A stretch of DNA of 64,000 bases from Phoronis australis (lineage: Eukaryota; Animalia; Phoronida), in contig NMRA01000581.1 of the NCBI GenBank assembly GCA_002633005.1, positions 34,762-98,761 on the forward strand, read 5' to 3'. The notes under the pieces were generated by a model. The model worked only from the letters and a program-made list of their open reading frames with translations. It was not told the DNA's origin and made no database searches. Positions 25,621-37,900 of the stretch are shown piece by piece (within the stretch, counting starts at the first letter, position 1; each line of letters starts with the position of its first letter). A program made the position numbers and the translations under genes.

Positions 25621-28600
25621 CTGAGGAGTGACTGTCAAGTCCTCGAGGAAGTACAGATTGTGCTGTCGAACCAGTATCATCGGAAAGTTAACGCATACCA
25701 TACAACAAAAATCAAACAAAAAATTCGAAATCGGGTGAAGCAGTACAAAGTTATAGCAACTTTTGGGAAGAAATTTGGGACAAGATGTATGGATCGGTTC
25801 GGCCATTTTTGACGACAGCAGCATAGGCTAAGTTGCAAGTTTAAAACAGCTTAAATACGATTTATTTTTACCAAAACTTTACAGTGGGATTTATCGAGGC
25901 ATATCTTTACCGACTACTCTGTGTCATTCAAAAGTTTTCACCAGAATTTAGTCAGGCAGATGTTACTCATTGAGTGGTTGAAATGTTCACAATTCCCGTT
26001 GGTCTCATCTCGGCGCAACCGACAGCATGGCGACTTTCGCTGAACTGAAAGGCATGTTCCACCGCCAATTTTGTAATCCGTTAAATTTAATTTTAATACA
26101 TTTTGATATACTTTGCTGCAACAAACATTTTACAATTTTCAGTTTTTGACATAAAGTATATTCTAATTATTTCACTAGGAATTACCCATTTAATTGACCT
26201 TATACTAACTTGCAAAAAATATTTGAAATTGTTTTGAAATCGTTTTTTATTTGAAACTCACCTGTTGTTCAAGGATATTATAGGATACATTTTTCACATT
26301 TTATGACTCGGTAATTTCGAAATCCCCCGTTCGGTAGTTGCTGAAAATCAACATTGAATTAAAAAACAAGGTCTTTTTAAATGTAACTACATACAATAAA
26401 ATTTAACCTCAAGTTACCTTGAAACTACGCGCACCACGAAACGCAGGAGAAAATGACTAATTGTGTCACATATTTCAGTTTACGAGTACACCAGCCCCTA
26501 ACGTAGGACTTTCATTATATTTGATTTGAAGTAATGAATGAACAGAAACTAAAATAAATGCATTTGCCTAATATTCGTTCGCAGACTTCCGGTAATGTTT
26601 ATGTTTTTCCACTTACGGTGATGAAACAGCAGCAGCGCGGTTAACGACTTCGGGATCTGCCGCGGTATCCCAGTCTTCACTCAAAACGACCGACGCACTT
26701 GCGGACACTGGTTCGAACCCACGACCCGTTTGCGTTCTCGAGGAGCTGCGGTATATATGAAGCTTCTGTGTTCGATATTTCGTCACAATCGAGTAAAAGA
26801 TCTTTCAAAAGTTTTCTTGTCGCTGGAAGACTCATTGCTGCAAGTCTCGTATTCCACGTCGATTCCTAGCCTTGTGTGACAGTATACCTCGTTTTTGAAG
26901 ACAGCCAGGCTTCGTTATGCAGCACAAAGGTAACCCTTAGTGAAAATCAAGTTTAATTTAATGTTGGGTGCACCACAAAATGTCCGAAGAAAATGTTAGA
27001 CTGAACGTTGTTTAGCACATGGAAACTAGAACTGTAAATACATGCAGGACTGTAATTATGAAGGTTTCTAGTGATGAAACTCATTGCGTCTACTGAATAA
27101 GTGAAAACACGACAAAGCATATATTTAAAACTGGTTAATTTTTTTCATGCATGAATGTTTCTGAAAAATTGGACAGTGAACCAAAATGGCTCATCAAGTG
27201 AGTTCCAAGGGATATGTACTAATCAGTTATGGTGAAAGGCATCGAAATCAGTGGACAACTGAATAAAAAATTATTGGAAAACAAAACGAGACACATTTTT
27301 TCAATACACAAATTAGTGATCGCACATTGGATACACGTAGGCAGTTTTACATACAATCACCACAACGCACTCCTCACGACAATGCTCATTTGATACGAAG
27401 TTCGTATATTTCCGAGTGACGTTATCATGTATATTACTACTTATATAAACTGATTATAAAGTAATACGGAAATTGACGAATATTGTATCGAATGAGCGTG
27501 CTCACGACCATACAAACGACACCATTGTCTGAGCAAAACAGACGACTTTTTACCAACAGAACATGAACAGTAAAGATCACAAACTCAAACATTTCAAGAT
27601 AGATGCGGGTAACATACCCGCGGTAGTAGCATTCTTCCACACTTTTTGTGCGACCGCATAGACTGAGCTTCATAACATATTCCATAATTTCAATTCCCAA
27701 AACCACCTGGGGATGGCAGCAACGATCATTTCTGAAATCTATTGCTCTACACTAACCACTAGCCTATTTACATTAACACGAGGTTTCGGTCGGTCATAGC
27801 AGGAGACAGAGACAGACTGACAACCTACATGTATAGGTCGTATGCTGTAATATCACGGGTGTAAATTGTTTAAAAATGTTCACCAATTGGCACTGCGTAC
27901 CACAGGCCCGTGTTCGTTATTTTAATAACGTCGTCAACACCTTAAATGACCGTAGATACAACAGGCATCGAGTCAATGTAAACAAGTGATTCATCTCCAT
28001 AAGTATTACTGATCATTGCAGTTGCCTGTACAACTTGCCTTTCCCCGTCCAATTGGTTGTTTGACACTTTATAACGGAAACACACGCCATCGTTCACCAA
28101 CACGCAGTAGGCCAAGATATCAACAAATAGGCTCACGTTTTTTACCTCTACGTATTTGTAAAATCGCTGTAGCATATATGAGCTCTTAATTAATGAAAGC
28201 AATTTGTAATAACAGACGAAAATGCCAGAAAAGAGTGCACACAAAAACTGGAGTCACTGTGACGAGGAGTTTAAAGCAACGAAGGAACAGAGAAAGGCCT
28301 TGAGATGGGTACGCAAGCACTAGTGTCGAAGGAAATGTGGCCAGCGGATGTTACCGGTTTGTCGTAAAGTTCTTAATGGAGGACACTACACTCAAAGCCG
28401 TCACTAACTCGAGCCATATTAAGAGATAACCTTCTGATTATACTGGGCTATAACGGCATTTGCCAATTAGCCTAATATCATAATATACATGTATTTATTC
28501 ACTCATTTTACAGTTGCCAGTCAGTTAATTTTTATTTGATCTGGTGAGGGTGTTTCTTGTGCAGACAACGTGAGAAAGCCATGTGCTACATGACGCCTGT

Positions 28601-30234
28601 TCCTAGGTTAGGCTGCAATGGTATTCATTTTATAGTGTGCCCCAGCACTTGTAGCCCACTTCACCACATTTGCGATGTTTAACTTTTCGTTTTGTCTGCG
28701 CTTCCTTCGAAGAAAATCTTCAGCAATGCTATCTAATAAGGAACGTTTTGCATATTTTCTTAACTATCATCGCTCTAAGCATTACGTCTATCAATTTTGA
28801 GGATATTGAATGAATATATGACTTTATGAATTGATGACGTCATTCTGCCAGATCTTGTATCTATCTCATAAAGAGTTTGAGTGGTTAAAGTTTTTATTTA
28901 CATAGTAAAAGGCATGCAGCATCTGCGTGTAATTACGTCAGAGAGCATCTTGAGCCGTTGGTGAGGAAGATGGCACTGATGGACGGAACCTGTACTACGT
29001 AAACTACACATATTTAGAAAGCCAACGACTGCGCACACTATTGTCATAGTACATTCCATGTAAGTCTTGCACAGTTTCATACGTTTCGTAAATGTTTACA
29101 AGTCTTCCGTCAAGAGGGTCATTAAAGGACACAAAGCAGTGCAAGTTACAAATAAACCTAACCTTTGAATGCGGTCACACTCTTCCATGTTGAGAGCTTA
29201 CGATCAGCAGCATGTCAGCCTATTGTCTGTTGTTTCCTTGACACTTTGGTATAGAGCAGAGATGCGCCAGCACCAATTAACTTTAAGAAGGATTCAACAA
29301 ATGTAGCTTCCTCATTGGTCATTTGAGTTATGGCGAAGTATTCCATATCTGGTGTAATGCTTTAACTATCTTGTCGCATTTTCAGGTAACTCCTAGTAGG
29401 TACATGGCAGCGATGAGCCAACACCAGTTGATTTTTGGATAATTTAGAGTTCCCGTCCATTCCAACGGTATTCCTTGTCTTTGTTATTTCAAAATGATTT
29501 CCTAACGTTTTTGTTCTTTGTTTTCAGAGACGACGGACATCATCCATCGAGGGAGGGTAACAGTGTTCTTCACGAACATTTAAAGTGTACTGTGACTGCA
29601 ACTTAGGACAACACATACTATACTTATGGACAACAGATGAGTTTCCAACACTTTGGTATGAAAATAGTTTTGTAGATAAGAGATCTATTTTATGATTTTA
29701 CTATTATCCCCTAGTATTGAACATTCATGGTTGGTCATTGGTTGACAGCTTGAATTTTACGCTCTGACTTCAGTTCCGAATTCTACGAGATCCAAGTCCA
29801 TTCTCAACTTCACGATATTCAGGCTGGTGATTAAGACTCGCGGGTCAACACAGTGTGATCAAAGTTGAAAGTAGACATACATGAAGTGCTAGTTTACGGA
29901 CTGAAACTGACAGGGCAGAGACTGCCATAGCCATAGACCAAGTTGACATTGAACCTCCACGTCACGTAACAGGGTATTGTCATTACGTACACATGTCTAA
30001 CACAGCGGGTCAAGGTGGGGCACCCAAAAACTCAGACTACTAAAAACACCAAGGTACAGCTCGCGCAGTACAGCCATACTGATTATATTATTCCAGTGTC
30101 ACAAGACATTTCAAACCGTGACTTTAAGAGTGATGAATGAAAGGTTCGCCAATACTGAAAAAATGATAGAAATCAAGCGCGACTTTGAAGAAGCGATGAT
30201 AGAAAACATCCATTAGAAAGAGTAGGTCAAATCA

Positions 30235-30450
30235 TTAGTGGCCAAAGTAGACGATCAAAAAATTCGTTCCGACGTGACAATATCATTCTTCACGGTATGG
30301 ACCAGGAAAAAGAGGAGTCCTGGAAGAAAGCCGAAACCATCGTTAGAGAAGTTACCCGGGACCACCTCGGTTGAACAGATATCATCACTGGGAGCTCAAC
30401 GCTTGGGACGAAAACGTCACGGCAAATCCCGATCAATCATCGCTATTGTG
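30235..30450 (+). mobile_element. Decayed LINE ORF1 (L1/Transposase_22-type RRM region)
   Basis: Across frameshifts: KVDDQK..RRDNIILHGMDQEKEESWKKAETIVREVTRDHLG..AQRLGRKRHGKSRSIIA, matching the ENRSRR.N+.+.G+.E...AHRLG...RPII motif. Confidence 0.65.
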
Positions 30451-31119
30451 CCTACATATAGCGGAAAGCCTCCAATTCTTCAATAGCAGGTACATGTACT
30501 TTCTGTATTAACCAAACGTGCTTACTTTCTGATGGACCATCTAGATAATTCCCATGATGCACAGAGCTCTTAAAAATCAAAGAAAACAATAAATAAGAGA
30601 AGTTTTGCAAGCACGTATGTACGAGCAGCTGAACTTAGATACAACAGATCACATGCATCTGACTTACAAACTGTGGCTTTACAGATATACCGTATCTGAC
30701 CTGTAAATTTACTCAGCAGACTCAATGTATGTGTTCTGACTACATGTCGAAAGGGGTGACCTTAATGGGAACACTTTATGAAAGAAAGGAATGAAGCCAA
30801 AGCCAGATTTAGGCAATGATTTAGGAATAACACTACCGGCAAATTGATATCACAGCAACGAACCCAGCACAATGTCAGTCGAAATCGTTGGTTTAGCTTC
30901 TCTAACAAGCTGCTGACTGTTTTGACAAAAGTTTAAGTACATGTACTCGTCTTCCACGTTAACCTAGCTCAAACATCTGGAAACATTTCATGGTAAAATC
31001 TAAAATGGCCATGTGTCACTCCACTCAATATTGTGACGAGTTGGAATTTGTAGTAATTAGGGCCTAAAATTTTTTTTGTTAGGATGCATAGCTACCGGTA
31101 GCTTATTTATTATTCTTTG

Positions 31120-32118
31120 TTACGGCCATACTAATGAACACGGTAAATGTGTTTATGTTGAAGTTTTGTCAAACATTTGCAAAGGATGTCAAACCTGGGA
31201 GAAAAGGGATAAAACTTCTGTCGCTTATCAGCAGTGGAAGGCAGGTCATAATTGCTCTTCCAATCATAACGGGAGTGCTAATACCATGGAAGCCGTGGGT
31301 GCTATGAGAATTTTCCATTGTTCAGGAGAAGGTGATTCAGCATCATGTAAAACTGTAAAAGATTCTAATCCATACGATGGAGGAGATGAGAAATCTTGAA
31401 TGTGTTGGCCACGTACAAAAACGAGTTGGCAATCGATTGCCCAATTTAGGTAAAAATTACCAAGGACAGAAACTGGCTGATGGAAAAAACATTTCCGGAA
31501 AATGTCGTCTGTCAGACAGTCACATCAACACACTCCAGAATTATTTTGGCATAGCTTTACGTCAAAACAAAGGGGACATCATCACCATGCAGCGCTCCAT
31601 CCTTGGGAGTTTGTATCATGTTGCCAGTACGGATGAAAATGCAATGCACCATACGTGTCCTGATGGTGATGATTCGTGGTGTGGATATAATAAAGATTTA
31701 CAAGGCTACAAACACATTAACATGGTCTGCCAGAATGTATAGTTGAACTCCTGGCGATTTGACAGAGCCAGAATTACTTGCAAAGTGTTTGCATGGGCAG
31801 ACCCAAAACAACAATGAATGTCTCAACAAAAGGATTTGGGATAAATGCGCCAAAGAAGTTTTTGTAGGAAATTCATTTATTGAGGAAGCTGTTTTTAGTG
31901 CAGTCGGGGAATTTAATGATGGAAATATTTCTATCATGAGAACATTAGAGCTGTTAGTCTGCAGCTTCTAGTGATGTTAAACGCATTCGCGCCTCGATTC
32001 AGAAATCATCAGACACTGGAAAGCGTGGTCATCAGACAATTCGAGCAGCCAAAAAAGGCTTTACTGACAGGACTGCAGAAGAAGAGGGATGTTTGTACGA
32101 GTCAGGTTTTTTTTCATA
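31120..32118 (+). pseudogene. Frameshifted DDE transposase of the Mutator/Kolobok (CxxH) type
   Basis: Three overlapping frames give VEVLSNICKGC, HNCSSNHNGSANTMEAVGAMRIF, GEGDS (decayed GDGDS), LECVGHVQKRVG, LQNYFGIALRQN, CPDGDDSWCGY, LLAKCLHGQTQNNNECLN, ending ..YESGF. Confidence 0.85.
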
Positions 32119-34801
32119 ATTTTCTGGTGCTAAAATGAATACGAACGTTATCACATGCTTCCAGAAACTGTATCTTGTTTGCGATTTTCCTGTTTTTCCC
32201 TAAGTTGAAATTTTGCCTTGTCACTTTGACTTCAAACACTAATAAGTTACTCATTTTTGGATTACAAAGCCCATACTTGTACTAGTTGATCTTTAGTGAT
32301 GTATCCAAGTACATATTGCGGGGTTTTTGAAAATTCTTAGTCTTTATGGTGATAATCAGTCCATGAATATTTAATTAGGGAGCGGAAATGGCAAAAAAAT
32401 AGAAAAATGTTCAAATTACTTTCCATGCAAGCTTTAGTCAAAATATTTTGCGATCAGGACATGGTTCTCTATACTGCTGCTAATCTCTGAAAATTTCATC
32501 TTAATTGAATCAATGGTTTTAGAGTAATGTTGCATGGAAAATCCTATAATTTTGCAGTGCCGCTGGCCAAATTGGCATCTAATTTGCATAATTTATGCGA
32601 TTGTGAGTTTTCACAGAATGTAAAATAAATAGTCATCCCAGATATGTAAAAAGTTTTTGTCTTTAGTGTTAGTACTAAAACATGTTTTTAGGACTGAAGC
32701 CCTACCTATAAAAATTAAAGTTATTGAGTCGCACGCATCTTCGACAGAAAAACTGGAATGTACCGGGTAATTGTCAGTCTGCTGTGAGTGTATTAGATGT
32801 GATTTTTCATAAATTAATGTTTTTAATTGGTCTCTGGCGTGTCCAAAACACATTTTAATAATTATGATTTTATGTGTAGTTCCAAGTTTGATGATGGCGA
32901 AAAAATTAAATTAACCTAATCTATTTACTAATTTTTGATAAATGGTTGCACATCACCATCACCAGATGGCAGTAGTAATGGAAAGTAGAGAACACTACTC
33001 CCAACATTTTCCAGAGGTCAAATGTCCTCAGACCATCACATTGGGAGATGTTGTGTACTAAATGGTAATAACTGGAGGAATATGTTATAGCAGGTGTCGA
33101 TTTTTCACTCAAGTGCAGCTCACTGTAACAGAGCGGCGCTGATGTGGCCTGTTTGTCCAGCAAGAAATTTATGATGAAAGAGAAAAACCCATCAAGATTT
33201 GACAAGAATGAAATGACCACCCAATTCTCCATCAAACTGAGGGGGTCAATGTTGGAGAGTTAAACCCCTATACAGTAAAAATTACCTTACATGAACACTT
33301 CAAAGTTGCAGTATGCTGTTGACCCAATCACTGGGCTTTGATTGTAATCTGCAAGATTAATCAAATTCAGTGCCTTGCACATCAACATAACAGGAGAGAC
33401 TATAGGATTGGTCCAAAGTCATCCAGTTGCTGCGACACAAGTTGACCACTGTCAAAAGTAAGTCAGCTATAGCTTATTTGTCGAAAATTATCCAGGCTTC
33501 ATTTTATCATTTTTACAGTATTGCGAGACACACAACAGTCTGAAATCAACAAGTTATTCCTTCAGCGTCATTCAACTTTATGAGTCATAGATTCATCGTT
33601 GTTGACAATATTTATGTTGACAATATTTATGTTCACAATACTTGAACATCAATCCAAACAGACAGGAGTAGCATGTGTCCATACAGATATATATATATCG
33701 CATTGCAAAAATACTTGTGCCTATGAGGACTCATAAGCTAATGTACAAAACGTCTATACGGACACGTGATATCACAGCGCCCATGATATTCAGGTGTCCA
33801 TATAAAGACAAGCTCATTTGCTAAAATACAGACACATGATACCACATAGGACAATTATGATATCCACGTGTCCATATGAACACATTAAAAGTTAATGTAC
33901 CAAAGGTCTGTACATACACGTGATATTGATATGCAATAGAATACTAATGTATTAAAAGTAGCTCTTTTACCTTAACAGTCATATCACACACACGCAAAAG
34001 ATATCACTGAGTGTTACGTGGTAAACTATGCTCATTAATAAGAGTTCAGTACACTTTACCTAATTATAAAGCCAGCAATGTTTTCTGCGTCCTGCAACCA
34101 AAACATCACTCATTCTCAACTAACCAATCACTAAAGAGGCACAAGCACAAAATTGGATCTTTTCACCATATGATATCTCCTGAAACTGACTTAAAAAGTC
34201 TCAGTTCACAACATTTATCATTTATTGAGACAAATCCAAATGACAAAGAATGTCCTTTAACATACTTCAATTGCACAATCGTGAATTCATACTTTCCACC
34301 AAATGGAGAAATTGAAGATAACAGTTTTATTTGCCCCCTGAGCCGTAACATGCTACCCAATCTTTCAATGGCAGACAGATGCTCTGTGATTGGCTAAATC
34401 TGGCTGAGCCTCACGCAGGAGCGTTCAACAATTCCTGTCCTTGAGGTCTTTCTCTGCGCTTCACACAGGAAATGTAAATCGTCCGAATTTTATGACACCA
34501 AAATAACAGCTTTGTGTAATAGTAATGACGGGTGTCATGCTTAGACAGCCAGGGTTGTTTTTGAGAAAAATACCCATCAGAGGAACTTCAGTTGTGCCAA
34601 CAGAGTCGCCCTTTTTTAGTGATATGCAAAATGGGTAGCAACTGATGATGTCAGCACAGCTAACTAACCAATCATAATCTACAGGTCAAAATCAACCAAT
34701 GAGATTACAATGACCCATTGTTCATGCTCGGGGTTCCACGATACACAAACAAGGCTGTGCATCTGAACTGGCTCACCACCTTCTCCTGCCAATGAGCGTC
34801 T

Positions 34802-34930
34802 TCAGCTGTCCAGCATTTCTCCGCACAAGTCCAGCTTGTACACGGTGACTCGACCATAGAAGTCTGTGCTATCAGCGAACAGGATCCTAAACTTCCTGCC
34901 CCTGTTGTTGTGGTTAGCAACTGGAAATGT
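34802..34930 (-). CDS. NR2C2AP: NR2C2AP exon 4 (terminal)
   Basis: TFPVANHNNRGRKFRILFADSTDFYGRVTVYKLDLCGEMLDS*. Confidence 0.92.
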   Translation of the reverse strand, partial: TFPVANHNNRGRKFRILFADSTDFYGRVTVYKLDLCGEMLDS

Positions 34931-37900
34931 CTGGCTTAAGAGTCAAGGGAGACAATTTGCACTTTAAAATAAGTCTCTCAAAAGGGAATAACTTTAACAT
35001 GTTAAAAAGCACAAGAACCTCCGGCACTTAAATAAAAAATACCCAATTCACCTGGGCTTTGATTTCTCAATGACAGAAACTGCGCACGAAAACCACTGTG
35101 CCACAGAGATTCATTTGGTTAGAGAAACAAAATCAACGTACATCTTCCAAAAATGTTACTAGCGCAAACTTTTAATTAGAAGGGGAATAATAAAAATAAT
35201 TGTAGGCGGTCTGATATACCTTGTACCAGACGTGCGCAGGGCGCGTAGGTGGGCCCATTGCACTGATCACCTGGAACCATTTTTATGCTTTATTAATATG
35301 TGGTTAAAACCAAGCTGAGGAGCTTAAAACGTGACTCAAGTGATAAACAGTGTGAGCCAGTGTGACTCCTCACGACCAGGAGTAAAGAAAGTGGGTACCT
35401 ATCACACAAAGCCACACTGCCTCCTCCATTTGAAGGAGAACAACGTGAACTGGAAAATTATTCATAATAATTATACCAACAAATCGAGTGTTCCAAAAAA
35501 TATTCCCCACTGTGTTTTTTTCTGCACAAATGATAGCAAGTTAACACATTGAGTGCTGCAATTATTTTAATTTGTGAATTTTTACAAAGGAAGTTCAGGA
35601 CATAATAAAGCATAATGTACTATTTTAACCATGTCTGCATTTTAGCCAGGGGAGAACACTTAATTTCATTTCATTTCATCCTAGATGGAAATAAATGCAC
35701 GTATAAACCCGTATGCATATATGTTGGATAAAAGTAAACCCCTACGATTGCAAAAGAGCCTAGCAAAAATGAATCATCCAACAAAAATTACTGTGTATGT
35801 TAGCAATATCTCCAGATTTTGAGAGCAGGTTATTGATGTTTTACGTGTACTGATCCAAGTTTGAATCTAATACTGGAATTAAAACTTACGAAAATTAGCG
35901 ATGTTGCGCCCGCATCTCACGGACTTCAGCCTGGCTTGTGACGTCGCTAATTTTTGTAAGTTTTAATTCCAGTATTAGATTCAAACTTGATCTGTTTTCT
36001 CAACTGGATGTCTAAAAATGTTCATGCTTTTATATGTGTACTAGTATGCCACCATGTCTTGGTCACACTGACAGAAAAGGATACCTGTAGTTTATTGGAG
36101 TCGTCGGGGTAAAAGTTGGATAGCTGTGTAAAGGTACCATCCATGTCTGCCTGGAGGCAACAGTCTTTACCAACGAAGCCACCTTGGAACTGAAGCTGCA
36201 CCTCTTTCAGTTGAACCTGGCGTGAGAATTCGATAACAATCCACTGAGGGCTTCCCTGAAATGTGAAAAAACAATTATAAATGTGAACTAAACAATTTCA
36301 TCAGGATTTCATGATGAAATACAGTAGAAATTTCTTCTAAAAATATCTCACACTGAGGAAGGAAGCAGTCGACATTGTCTTTCGAAAACTTCTGCCGTTA
36401 AATGGTATATTTTCTGGATGTTTAGAAGATCTGAAATTTCTACTGTAATTAAAATAAAAAGTTTTAATTAAATTCTAAATGTAAGTGAGCTAAATCAATA
36501 AGAACATAGGAACGGTGTACATGCGCCTTTAAAATTCATTTAAAATTTACCACTCTGAGACACTCATCTGCAAGCATGCAAGCAGTCACGGATATAAACG
36601 GCCCACAAATGAACCCATGCAGGCTACAAATATTTTAATTTCAAACAAAAAAGAATTCCTACAATTGCGATATCTCGATTTTTCAGAGGTTTACCGCATT
36701 GTTGCAAATGCTTAAAAATTTACCACTTGCTCACATGCAATTGCTCTTTGGACAAATGGTAAAGACACTTGGGTGCGCATTGAGAAGTACCGGATTTGAA
36801 ACTTGGAACGGCGTCCAACTTCACTAGATACGTAACCTGTTTAAATGTAAGAGACACTTCGCAAGGTAGTTGACCTCAGAGCACAAGTTGCTGAAATTCT
36901 GTAAACTAAAACACTATCTTGCAGTTGCAAGGCTTTAATGAATCAAAACACAGTAGCGGGTTCCAACAAACGCAGAAAAAGTAACTTGATGAGAGAAATA
37001 GACAAAACAGTCTTTTTGAAACTGGCCTTTTTAATGACAAGATTTCTTTACTTTGGGATTGAAAATTTATGCCAAGGAAGTATGAACAGAACAGAGCATG
37101 ATTATGTTATAAGCCAGGTGTGCTTTGAAACAACTGTGAAGTGGCACCGCATTTCAAATTTCTTTGAAAACCATCGCTCGCCAAAGCCGTACGATGAACC
37201 ATAACAGGTGTCACGTACCACTGGTTTCTGACTGAACTACACTCACTGCAGATTCACTATATACAAGCCACAACAAGTACCTGATCAGAGTTCCAGCACG
37301 TCTCGTCGTCCCCATCAAGTAGGTGTTTCTTTCCAAACTGTTTGCTGTCTTTGTTGAGAACTGAACTCACTCTGAAATATACCAACACTTTAAGTGAATT
37401 GCCTACGCTGTCAAAATATCCACAGCAGTAGCAAAAGTGTTCCGCAATACTTTCTGTTGTAGAACAAAAGCAGTAACTGGGCCACAGTAATATAGATTGT
37501 TCAGCACAGCGTACACCTACAGATGGAAATGGGACATCAATTGAAGTGAAACTGAAGCGTGACTAGTCTGGACACACTGAGAGTGTTCACATAGCAACCA
37601 GCAGGTGTCAGTCAGCTGACTCTTGTAAACAATGGAATATCGCATAACCAGTGTGTGACATGCATTCAAACATGGCTCAGCACCGTATTTGAAAAGACCC
37701 CATCCGCACGGTGAAGGTATTTTGAAAGAATAGTTAAAAACCTTTTGCTAATATTGGACTCAGATCACAAAATCAGAACTCATAGAAAAGTAAAATAGCC
37801 TTCACTGCTTATCAAGCATCTGTCAGCAATAATGGGAGCCAAAAATGGCCTTCAGGCCAAACTGAAGGATCTGCCTGATGAATGGTGCATACATTCCTCA

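Noticed and set aside
26610-26935. Possible non-coding first exon or promoter for the CARD gene (minus-strand GTAAGT donor near 26616, CpG-richer patch)
   Set aside because: Plausible, but it cannot be supported without transcript data.
32958-32975. CTCF-like motifs (tcaccagatggcag; similar at ~9482, ~41045, ~47793, ~57232)
   Set aside because: Short degenerate matches are expected by chance in 64 kb and cannot be supported without ChIP or conservation data.
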